Below, one piece after another: positions 9,699 to 17,916 of a stretch of DNA of 64,000 nt (its first letter is position 1; each line of letters begins with the position of its first letter). A program made the translations under genes and the position numbers. The notes beneath the pieces were generated by a model. That model was given only the letters and a program-made list of their open reading frames with translations, searched no databases and was not told the DNA's origin. This DNA is from Anaeromyxobacteraceae bacterium (lineage in GTDB: Bacteria; Myxococcota; Myxococcia; Myxococcales; Anaeromyxobacteraceae), in the NCBI GenBank assembly GCA_032654565.1, contig JAULAX010000015.1, positions 32,001-96,000 of the forward strand, in the 5' to 3' direction.

Positions 9699-10604
9699 TC
9701 AGCCCGGCCCGGCGGCGGGGGCGGGCGCCGGCCCGGCGGGAACGGCGACGCCGGTCCAGCGCGGCTCCCCGGCCGGATCGCCCAGCCAGCGCGCCGGGTC
9801 CTCCACCACCTGCTGGACGATGGCCAGCCCCCGCGACGCCGAGAGGGCGTCGTCGATCCGCTCGTCGAAGGTCCAGCGCACGTCGAGCGCCTCGACCGAG
9901 ACCACGCCGTCGCGCTCGGCGAAGGGGTGGCGGTGCACGGCGGAGACGGCGCCGAAGATCGAGCAGTTCCCGTACTCGAAGAGGTGGTGCCAGGCGTGGG
10001 AGACGCCCACCGAGCCGAGGTTGGCGAGGAAGAGGCTCGAGTACATGGGATCGTGCTCGGTCATGAAGCGCGGGAAGAGGTTCCAGTGGTCGAGCCAGCG
10101 GGCCAGGTCGACCAGCAGCCGGACCACCGGCCCGGGCAGCCGCATGACCAGGTCGGCCTCGCGGTCCACCTGGCGCCCCCCGGCCCGGGCGCCGTCGATG
10201 AGGGTGACCAGCCCGCGGGAGAAGTCCGGGAAGGAGCCGCCGCGCGCCACCTCCAGCTTCACCGTGGTGTCGGGGGCGTCCTCCTTGAGCTCGGTCTTGG
10301 CCACGAAGGCCAGCGAGACGCCGCGCCGCTGCCAGATGCGGTGGCCGGAAACGAAGCGGTTGAGGCGCGGCTTCTCGTGGAGGGCCACGGCGCAGCCGTA
10401 GGCCACCAGGTGGAAGAGGGTGGCCGGGTGGGACCGGTGGGCGCGGTTGTAGGCGCGCAGCCAGGCCCGGGCCGCGGCGACGCGGTAGAGCGACTGCTGG
10501 TAGACGGCGCTCTCGTTCCGGCGCCGCATCAGGTAGGGCATGATCAGGCGGACCGGCCCCTCGTCGCGGACCAGGTCACCGTCGTGTCGGCCGAACAGTG
10601 GCAT
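9699..10604 (-). CDS. Stand-alone 2-oxoacid dehydrogenase E2-type / CAT-like acyltransferase catalytic domain
   Basis: PRLNRFV, FLANLGSVG, WTFDERIDD (aligns with the E2 DHRxxDG motif); no lipoyl domain. Confidence 0.75.
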   Translation of the reverse strand: MPLFGRHDGDLVRDEGPVRLIMPYLMRRRNESAVYQQSLYRVAAARAWLRAYNRAHRSHPATLFHLVAYGCAVALHEKPRLNRFVSGHRIWQRRGVSLAFVAKTELKEDAPDTTVKLEVARGGSFPDFSRGLVTLIDGARAGGRQVDREADLVMRLPGPVVRLLVDLARWLDHWNLFPRFMTEHDPMYSSLFLANLGSVGVSHAWHHLFEYGNCSIFGAVSAVHRHPFAERDGVVSVEALDVRWTFDERIDDALSASRGLAIVQQVVEDPARWLGDPAGEPRWTGVAVPAGPAPAPAAGPG

Positions 10605-10636
10605 CCGCCGAGGGTCGGACCGGACCGGGCGTGCTG

Positions 10637-12691
10637 TCAAGCCAGCGGCGGGGCGGCCGGCAGCACCACGCTGAAGCTGGAGCCCTGCCCGACCACGCTG
10701 GCGGCGGTGAGGGCCCCGCCGTGGGCGGTGACGATGGCGTGGCTGACGGCCAGGCCGAGCCCCATCCCCTGCCCCACGTCGCGGGTGGTGAAGAAGGGCT
10801 CGAAGATCCGCCCCAGGGTCTCCGGGTCCATGCCCGCGCCGTGGTCGATCACCTCGAGGAGGGCGGTCCCCGGCAGCCCCGGGCCGACCCGCACCACCAC
10901 CCCCGGGCGCCCCGGCGGGGTGGCCTTGACGGCGTTGCCGAGCAGGCTCGCCAGCACCTGGGTGATCTGGTCCAGGGCGCCGAGGACGTCGGGCGCCCCC
11001 AGGTCCTCGACGGTGATGGCCACCTCGGCCCCGGCGCCGGGGGGCAGCCCCTTCACCGCCTGCCGGGCGACGTCGATGGGCCGCAGCCGCTCCCGCCGGG
11101 TGAGCGGCTGCCTGAAGACCATCAGGTCCTTGACGATGCGGGCGATGCGCTGGCCGCCCTCCTGGGCGTCGTGCAGCGCGGCGATGGCCTCGTCGAGGCC
11201 GGGGAGCTCGGCACGCACCGCCGCCGCCGGGTTGGACTGGAGCCGGAGCCGCAGCCCCTCCAGCGCCTCCAGCGCCATGGCCTGGTTGGCCACCTCGACC
11301 ACCAGGGGGTTGTTGATCTCGTGGGCCACGCCGGCCACCAGGGTGCCGAGCGCGGCCAGCCGGGAGGCCACCTCCAGCCGGTCGTGCAGCGCCACCTGCT
11401 CGGTGACGTCCTCGGTCATGACCATGCCCATGACCACCGCGCCGGCCTCGTCGCGCACCGGGTAGGTGCAGACCTCCAGCTGGCGGCCGCGCACCTCCAG
11501 CGCCGTCTGGGTGGACCGGCCCGCCAGCGCCTCGCGGAAGGCCGCCTCGATCCGCACCGCCAGCTCCGGGGGGGCGTACTCCGCCGGGGTCCGCCCGCGG
11601 AGCCGGTCGAGGTCCTCGGTGAGGCTGGGCCGGGTGCCGTCGATGACCGTCATCCGCAGCTCGGTGTCGAACAGACCGACCACTCCTCGCGGGAAGTGGT
11701 GGGCGATGGCGCGGTAGAGCCGCTCGCTCTGGCGCAGCGCCTCCTCGGAGCGCTTCCGCTCGGTGACGTCCACGACCGTGCCGGTCATCCGGAGGGGCTG
11801 GCCGGCCGGGTCCCGCTCCAGCTCCCCCTCCGCCGCCAGCCAGCGCACCGGCTGGTCCCGAGGGAGGATGCGCAGCTCGTAGTGGAAGTGGCCGGTGGCC
11901 AGGGCCTCGGCGAAGGCGCGCAGGAAGACGGGCCGGTCCTCCGGGACCACGTGGTGGAGCGCCTCCTCGGGGCCCCAGCTGGCCTGCAGCGCGTCGTAGC
12001 CGAAGAGCTGGTCGTGGCGGAGCGTCCGCCACGCCCGGTTGGTGACCATGTCCAGGTCCCACAGCCCCACCTTCCCGGCCCGGGTGGCCAGGTCGAGCCG
12101 CTCCTGCTGGAGGCGCAGCTCCTGCTGGTTGGCCCGGAGCGCCTCCTCGGCCCGCTTGCGGTCGGCGATGTCCCAGGCCAGATCGGCCAGCGCCGCGACC
12201 GCGGCGACGTCCTCCTCCAGGTAGTCGCTGGCCTTGTTCCCCACCCCGACCACGGCGCAGATGCGGCCGGCGCGCCAGACCGGGACGGCCAGCTCGCGGA
12301 CCACCGGCGCGTGGCCCGGCGGGAGGCCGCGCCGGCGGGGGAGCGAGGCGTAGTCGTTGTGCACCACCGGCCGGCCGACCCGCACGCAGTCGGCCCAGAC
12401 GCCGGCCTGGTCGAGCGGATAGTGCCGGCCGGCCCCTTCGGCCGAGCACATCTCCGCCACCGTGCGGGTGGACCAGGCCTGGAGCTGCAGCGAGACCTGG
12501 TCGTCGCCGACGAAGTGGAAGAAGCCGATCTGACTGCCGGTGAGCGCCTCGGCCTGGTCGAGCGTGGCGGTGAGCAGCTCCTGCAGCGTGCCGCCGGGTG
12601 CCCGCTCGAGGAGCAGCAGCCGGGCGCCGTCGATGCGCTCGCGCCTCGACGTGGCCACGACCTCGGCTGGTGGTGCCCGACCGGTGGACAT
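10637..12691 (-). CDS. GAF-PAS-PAS sensor histidine kinase
   Basis: H-box VAHEINNPL, D-box DHGAGM, FEPFFTT, GMGLGL; GAF (VGVGNK..DY) and PAS/PAC (DVTERK) segments. Confidence 0.92.
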   Translation of the reverse strand: MSTGRAPPAEVVATSRRERIDGARLLLLERAPGGTLQELLTATLDQAEALTGSQIGFFHFVGDDQVSLQLQAWSTRTVAEMCSAEGAGRHYPLDQAGVWADCVRVGRPVVHNDYASLPRRRGLPPGHAPVVRELAVPVWRAGRICAVVGVGNKASDYLEEDVAAVAALADLAWDIADRKRAEEALRANQQELRLQQERLDLATRAGKVGLWDLDMVTNRAWRTLRHDQLFGYDALQASWGPEEALHHVVPEDRPVFLRAFAEALATGHFHYELRILPRDQPVRWLAAEGELERDPAGQPLRMTGTVVDVTERKRSEEALRQSERLYRAIAHHFPRGVVGLFDTELRMTVIDGTRPSLTEDLDRLRGRTPAEYAPPELAVRIEAAFREALAGRSTQTALEVRGRQLEVCTYPVRDEAGAVVMGMVMTEDVTEQVALHDRLEVASRLAALGTLVAGVAHEINNPLVVEVANQAMALEALEGLRLRLQSNPAAAVRAELPGLDEAIAALHDAQEGGQRIARIVKDLMVFRQPLTRRERLRPIDVARQAVKGLPPGAGAEVAITVEDLGAPDVLGALDQITQVLASLLGNAVKATPPGRPGVVVRVGPGLPGTALLEVIDHGAGMDPETLGRIFEPFFTTRDVGQGMGLGLAVSHAIVTAHGGALTAASVVGQGSSFSVVLPAAPPLA

Positions 12692-12827
12692 GCTGCCGAC
12701 CTCAGCCCCGACTCCCGCGCCGGACGCTAGCGCGATCCGTGAAGGGCTGCTAGGGACCGGGGTGGGCCCGGGGCGCACCTCACGGCCGGTCACACCTCTT
12801 CGAGTGCCGCGGCGAGGGTGACGACCC

Positions 12828-13844
12828 CTACGGCACCGGGGGCAACCCCGGCACCGGCCCGGGGACGGTCACGCAGGTCGCCGCGCTGCCGCCGCTGCAG
12901 TTGAGGCGCCCCGGGCAGGAGATGTCGAGCGGGTCGCTCACCCAGGTCAGGCAGGCGTCGGCGGTCCAGCACTGTTCGAAGCTCCCGATGGGTGTCAGGT
13001 CGCCGGCCCGCGTGAACTCCACCCGGTCACGCCCGGCGCCAGCGGCGTCGAACCCGGCCGTCACCGCCAGCAGGTCGCCCGAGGCGTTCTTGATGGCGAA
13101 GTCGAAGCGGCCGCTCCCGTCGGAGTAGCCGGCGAAGCCGTAGTCGAACTGGACCAGGCCGAACCCCTGGGTCTCGACGGCCGGGAGCATGGTCAGGTGG
13201 GTGACGCGCGGCGAGCCGCTCCGGTCGTACCGCACGTCCATGGCGCCGTGCGGCGTGTCGGCGTCCTGCATCCCCACGGCCCAGATGGCGGTGAAGTCGA
13301 GCTCGAGCTGGCCGCGACCGCGCGACGCCGAGGCGCCCACGAAGGTGCCGAAGAGGAGCGGCGTGAAGGCCCCCCCTGCCGCACGCTTCCGGGCCTCGAA
13401 GGAGTAGGCGTAGCGCGGGTGGGGGGCGGCGGCGGCGGGCCAGGAGCGGGTGAAGACGATCTGGATCTCGTTGCCCGGGTGCTGCTGGTCGTCGAACGGC
13501 CCCCAGCGCCGCAGGTCCTGCTCGCGGTGGGTGGGCGGGTGGCGGCGCACCACGTCGACCAGCCCGAGCACCCAGTCGATGCCGCGGTTGAAGTCCTGGC
13601 TGGTCTTCTCGGCGGAGAGCCAGGTCTCGGCGGTCCCCAGGCCGGTGCAGGCGGCGACCGCGCCCACCGGGGTGGCCATCAGGGCCTGCGGCGCCACCGC
13701 CGCCGGCACCGCCACCCTGATCTCCTCGCGCCTCGGCAGCGCCTCGACGAAGCGGATGTCCTCGTTGGAGAAGTTGCCGCAGCCGGCCAGCAGGAGCAGC
13801 GCCAGCGGGGCGAGACGGAGCGGCCGTTCAGTCGGAGAGCGCAT
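12828..13844 (-). CDS. Hypothetical lipoprotein (last gene of the ECF/caspase cassette)
   Basis: Lipobox LLAGC; Cys-rich C-terminus; start overlaps the caspase gene end. Confidence 0.8.
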   Translation of the reverse strand: MRSPTERPLRLAPLALLLLAGCGNFSNEDIRFVEALPRREEIRVAVPAAVAPQALMATPVGAVAACTGLGTAETWLSAEKTSQDFNRGIDWVLGLVDVVRRHPPTHREQDLRRWGPFDDQQHPGNEIQIVFTRSWPAAAAPHPRYAYSFEARKRAAGGAFTPLLFGTFVGASASRGRGQLELDFTAIWAVGMQDADTPHGAMDVRYDRSGSPRVTHLTMLPAVETQGFGLVQFDYGFAGYSDGSGRFDFAIKNASGDLLAVTAGFDAAGAGRDRVEFTRAGDLTPIGSFEQCWTADACLTWVSDPLDISCPGRLNCSGGSAATCVTVPGPVPGLPPVP

Positions 13845-15417
13845 ATTCGATCCCGATGAGCCCCTCTGCGAAGCCGAGGCTCATGTTCTTGTCGACGTTG
13901 TAGAAGAGCCAGCCCACCCGGGCTCGGGCCACGGCCGCCAGCCGCGGCGTGAAGTGCCAGGCCGCCGCCCCCACCAGCCCCGGCGTCACCGTGAAGAAAT
14001 ACTGGCCGGGGAGCTGCGTGGCCTGGTCGAAGGTCCGGCCCAGCCAGATGAAGGCCACCCGACCACCCACCGAGAGGGTGGCGTGCCCCGGGCGCCACTC
14101 GGTCCAGAGCGAGGCGCCGCCCGAGACCTCGGTGAAGCGGACTCCGATGGGGTCGAGCCCCTCCAGCCGGAGCGTCCCCCGTCCTCCGCCGGTCGACAGG
14201 TCGAGCCCCCAGGCCAGTCCGTGCCCGAGGTCGTCGCGGACCGCCAGCTCGACCCCGACCAGCGTGGCTGGTGGAAAGAGCCCATCGCGCGCGGCCGCGT
14301 CGAAGAAGCGCTGTCCGCCCAGGCCGGCCACCAGCGACCAGGCCGCGCCGCCATACCCCTTCTGCGGATCGCGGGCCAGCGCCACCCGATCCATCTGCGC
14401 CTCGTCGACCACCGCCGCCGCCTCGGCCACCGCCAGCGTGGCCACCAGCAGCCCCTCGTCGCCCAGGAGCCGCTTCTTGACGGTGTAGCGGCCGGGCGGC
14501 AGCGAGAGGCGTCGCTCCACGCCGGCCGGCTTGGCCACCTCGGCCACCGCCCGGCCCGAGGCGTCGAGCACCACGTAGATCCCCTCGAGCGCCGCGGGGA
14601 AGACCAGCCCGCCGGCCCGGGGCGCCAGGTCGGTGAGGACCACGTCGCCGGCGCCACCCAGGTCGTAGAGGAAGACCGGGTGCTGCACGCCGGCCGCAGA
14701 GCCGGCCGTGTCTCCCACCGTCCGGGCGTAGGCGTAAGCGTAGGCCTCGGCCAGGGTCACCTTGCGGTCGCCGGAGGCGTCGGCGTCGCCGAGCAGGCCG
14801 GAGGCGAGGTGGTGCGTGAAGTAGGAGGCGCCCAGCGCGTCCGACTCCTGCGAGTCCTCGTCGGAAGCCGACGAGGCGATGATCACCAGCCCGCGCGGTC
14901 CGGCCTCGCGCGCCGCGGTCACGTCGAAGGCCGGCGCGGGGCGGACCCCCTTGGCGCGGGCGATGGCCCCCGAGCGGCAGGCGTCGAAGAGCCCGATGCG
15001 GACGTCGGCGGGCGCCGCCTGGAGCGCCTCGCGCAGGTCGGCCAGCGGCAGGCCGCCGCCGCCGAAGCGCAGCGCACCGTCCTTGGCGTGGCCGGAGAAG
15101 TAGACCAGCAGCACCGTCGCCTCCCCGGCCGCGTGGGCCGCGGTGGCGCGCGCCGAGAGGTCGGCGAGGGCGCCGCGGAAGGAGCGGACCCCGGAGGAGA
15201 GGAGCAGCGTGGCGTCCTCGGGGTGGACCCCGCCGACGCGGGTGAGGATGCCGTGGATGCGCCTGGCGTCCCGCTCGGCGTGGCGGAGCCGCTGCGTCCC
15301 GGGCCCGCCGTCCGGCTCGCCGGCCACCAGCGCGAACCGACGCGGCGCGGCCTGCGCGGTGGCGGCCGCGGCCAGCGCCAGCGCGGCGACCACGGCCTGG
15401 GCGAGCCGGAGGTTCAC
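13828..15417 (-). CDS. Exported caspase-family (C14) peptidase with PEGA-like linker and C-terminal beta-barrel-like domain
   Basis: Signal peptide ending AQA; YFSGHA (His) and FDACRSG (Cys) dyad; SQES..L..SYFTHHL..GL.GDAD; LPPGRYTV; amphipathic strands ending LIGIEYAL. Confidence 0.9.
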   Translation of the reverse strand: MNLRLAQAVVAALALAAAATAQAAPRRFALVAGEPDGGPGTQRLRHAERDARRIHGILTRVGGVHPEDATLLLSSGVRSFRGALADLSARATAAHAAGEATVLLVYFSGHAKDGALRFGGGGLPLADLREALQAAPADVRIGLFDACRSGAIARAKGVRPAPAFDVTAAREAGPRGLVIIASSASDEDSQESDALGASYFTHHLASGLLGDADASGDRKVTLAEAYAYAYARTVGDTAGSAAGVQHPVFLYDLGGAGDVVLTDLAPRAGGLVFPAALEGIYVVLDASGRAVAEVAKPAGVERRLSLPPGRYTVKKRLLGDEGLLVATLAVAEAAAVVDEAQMDRVALARDPQKGYGGAAWSLVAGLGGQRFFDAAARDGLFPPATLVGVELAVRDDLGHGLAWGLDLSTGGGRGTLRLEGLDPIGVRFTEVSGGASLWTEWRPGHATLSVGGRVAFIWLGRTFDQATQLPGQYFFTVTPGLVGAAAWHFTPRLAAVARARVGWLFYNVDKNMSLGFAEGLIGIEYALSD

Positions 15418-16163
15418 GGGGCGCCCCGGAGCAGCGGCAGCACCAGCACGTCCAGCGATGCCGCCGGCCCGGCCGGGTCCGGATCCCCGGCGACGAGCCG
15501 ACCAAGGAGCGAGGCACCGTCGATGGGCCGGTCGCCCAGCACCACCACCAGCCGGCCGCGCCGCCCGGTCCACTCGAAGGGTTCGGCCAGCGGGCCTGGC
15601 GAGGCGGGGCCAGCGTGGAGGAGCGCCGGTCCGTCCTCGTCCACCAGGGCCACCGCCACCCAGGTGCGGCGGGCCGGGGAGAGCGTGAGACGCAGGGCCG
15701 CTCCGGCCGGGACCGGCTCGCCGGGGAGGAGGACCCGCGCGCCGCTCCCCTCGCGGACCAGGAGCTGGACCGCCGCCCCGCCCTTGATGCGGGTGCCGTC
15801 GTCGCCCCCGACCCGCGGACCCTCCCGGTGGAGGGTGGAGAGCAGCGGCGCCGCCACCGCCGCCACCAGGCCGGCGGCGAGGGCCAGCGGGACGACGCGC
15901 CTCCAGGCGCGGCCGGGCGGGCGGGCCTGCGCCCGGGCCAGCTGCTCGGCCACGCCGGCCGCGAAGGCCTCGAAGGGGAGATCGGCGGCGAGCGTCCGGC
16001 GCTCCGCCTCCAGGCCCGCGGCGGCCTGCTGGCAACGGGCGCAGCCGTCGAGGTGGGCCTCGAGGCGGGACCGCTCGTCGCCGGAGAGCTCGCCGGCGGC
16101 GAGTCGGCGCAGGCGGGTGACGCTGCAGGCCACGCCGGGGCCGCCCAGCGACAGGGTGGTCAT
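15414..16163 (-). CDS. Zinc-binding (zf-HC2/ZAS) transmembrane anti-sigma factor
   Basis: HLDGCARC = HxxxCxxC; single TM helix; TRIKGG then a periplasmic domain; 4-nt overlaps with both neighbours. Confidence 0.85.
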   Translation of the reverse strand: MTTLSLGGPGVACSVTRLRRLAAGELSGDERSRLEAHLDGCARCQQAAAGLEAERRTLAADLPFEAFAAGVAEQLARAQARPPGRAWRRVVPLALAAGLVAAVAAPLLSTLHREGPRVGGDDGTRIKGGAAVQLLVREGSGARVLLPGEPVPAGAALRLTLSPARRTWVAVALVDEDGPALLHAGPASPGPLAEPFEWTGRRGRLVVVLGDRPIDGASLLGRLVAGDPDPAGPAASLDVLVLPLLRGAP

Positions 16164-16750
16164 GGGAGCACCTCGGGATCCGGCAGGGCCAGGCCGGGGA
16201 TGGCCTCGGCCAGCGCGGCGCGGGCCGCGCCGAGGAACTCGCGGAGCCGCTTGCGGATGGTGGGGAGGCTGCGGCCGGTGGTCTCGGCGATCTCGACCTG
16301 GGTCAGCTCGTCGACGAAGTAGAGCACGGCGATCTCCTGGGCCTCTGCGGGTGCCGCCGACAGCAGGGCGCGAACCAGCTCGCGGGTGTCCGGCTCGATG
16401 CCCCGCTCCCGCCGGTCGCGGGAGAGGGTGGCCAGCTCGGCGGGCCAGGCGGCGCGCCCGGCCCGGCGCACGTTGAGGCAGTGGTTGGTGGCGACGCGGA
16501 GCAGCCACGCGGTGGGTGACGAGGCGCCCTGGAACTCCTGGAGCGCGCGCAGCGCCGAGACGAAGACCTCCTGCGCGGCATCCTGGGCGGCGTCGCGGTC
16601 GCCGAGCAGGTAGCGGCAGCGGCCCAGCACCATGGCGGCGTGGCGGCGGTAGAGCTCCTCGAGCAGGCCGGTGCCGGGGGCCCCGGACGGACCGGTGGAC
16701 GGACCGGCGAGCTCGATCCGTCCACCCCTGATGACCTCGAGGCGCGCCAC
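16160..16750 (-). CDS. ECF RNA polymerase sigma factor
   Basis: LYRRH..V..RCR.LLGD..AAQDAAQEVF, WLLRVATNHCLN (region 2); LTQVEIAETTGRSLPTIRKRL (region 4). Start uncertain. Confidence 0.92.
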   Translation of the reverse strand: MARLEVIRGGRIELAGPSTGPSGAPGTGLLEELYRRHAAMVLGRCRYLLGDRDAAQDAAQEVFVSALRALQEFQGASSPTAWLLRVATNHCLNVRRAGRAAWPAELATLSRDRRERGIEPDTRELVRALLSAAPAEAQEIAVLYFVDELTQVEIAETTGRSLPTIRKRLREFLGAARAALAEAIPGLALPDPEVLP

Positions 16751-16761
16751 GGAGCCCGAGG

Positions 16762-17811
16762 CTACGGCACCACGATGGTGACCGGCAGCGCGTCGGCGTA
16801 GGCGCAGAGCGCGGGGTCGCCGCGGAGCGGATCGCCGGCCGCCCTGGTCCCGTCGAAGGTCATGCCGTAGTCGGGGGCCCCGTCCCAGCACTGGCTGAAG
16901 GCGACGGAGGTGTTGTCGGGGGCCGGGGCGGTGATCACCAGGTCGCCGCGGCCGCCCGCCGACTTCCAGCGGGTGTGGAGGGTCTTGGTGGCGAGGTCGA
17001 TGGCGCCGGCGTTCCCGGCGGCGTAGCCGGTGTTGCGGAAGCCGAGCTGGAGGTCGCCCGCGGCCCCGGCGGGTTCGGCGGCGAAGGCGTAGACGGCGTT
17101 GGTCCGGTTCGGGTAGGCGATCGCGGTGGTGACGCCGGGGGCGTCGTTGTTGCGGGCCCCGAGGAAGGTGGCGTTGATCTTCACGCCGCCGCGAGCGTCG
17201 TAGTCGACGGCCAGCGAGCCGAAGTCCTGCTGCGCCTCGCCGGCGGCGTGGTCGAGCGCGGCCCAGGCGCCGTCGAAGTCGGCGTGGAAGGAGCCGTGGC
17301 CGCGGCCGGGGAGCGAGCCCGGGTAGGCGCGGCCGGAGAGGACCGCCGTGAAGGGGGCGGCGGCGCTCGACTTGGGCCTGGCGGAGAGCGTCCAGTCGTA
17401 GCCGTCGCCGGCACGGGAGACCACCAGCTTCCAGTCGTTGAGCTCGCTCGGCTTGGAGCCGGGGCCCCAGGTGCAGGAGTCGTGGTCGCAGCGGGTGGGC
17501 GGGACCACGTCGACGAACCAGGCCACCGGGGCGAGCGCCCAGAAGACGCCGGCGTTGATGGTGGTGGCGAAGACGTAGGAGAGGACCGCGGTCGGCGCCT
17601 TGACCACGTTGCCGGCGGCGACGACGCTCCCCTCGGCCAGGCGCGCGGAGGACAGCCGGAACGCCCCGGCCGGCGCGCCGGGATCGGGGGCGTTGACGTT
17701 GACGACCGCGCTCCGTGGCATGGCGGCGCGGATCTCGACGGCGGAGAGCGGCTGCTGCGTGCCGCAGGCGGTGGCGAGCAGGAGCGCGGACAGGGCGGCG
17801 GTCATCTTCAT
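16762..17811 (-). CDS. Hypothetical lipoprotein (first gene of the ECF/caspase cassette)
   Basis: GAGG RBS; lipobox LATAC; WGP, GRGHGSF and SQCWD motifs shared with 12828-13844. Confidence 0.8.
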   Translation of the reverse strand: MKMTAALSALLLATACGTQQPLSAVEIRAAMPRSAVVNVNAPDPGAPAGAFRLSSARLAEGSVVAAGNVVKAPTAVLSYVFATTINAGVFWALAPVAWFVDVVPPTRCDHDSCTWGPGSKPSELNDWKLVVSRAGDGYDWTLSARPKSSAAAPFTAVLSGRAYPGSLPGRGHGSFHADFDGAWAALDHAAGEAQQDFGSLAVDYDARGGVKINATFLGARNNDAPGVTTAIAYPNRTNAVYAFAAEPAGAAGDLQLGFRNTGYAAGNAGAIDLATKTLHTRWKSAGGRGDLVITAPAPDNTSVAFSQCWDGAPDYGMTFDGTRAAGDPLRGDPALCAYADALPVTIVVP

Positions 17812-17916
17812 CGGGTACCTCGACGGTGGCGGCCGGCCAATTCCGGCCCTCAAGGAAGGAGACACGCTCCCCCCGCCCGAATGGAAAGGGGGCCAGGCTG
17901 GGGAGGCCGGGCGCGC

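Noticed and set aside
8229..11465. Very long alternative-frame ORFs (e.g. 8229-11465, 13450-16476, 25217-29125, 25674-29225, 39219-42392, 55721-58753)
   Set aside because: Antisense or shifted shadows of real genes; R/P/A/G-rich, motif-free, and expected at this GC content.
17821..17844. ECF-type promoter GGAATT...CGTC upstream of the caspase cassette
   Set aside because: Spacer is about 13-14 nt, shorter than the usual 16-17; not supportable without a motif alignment.
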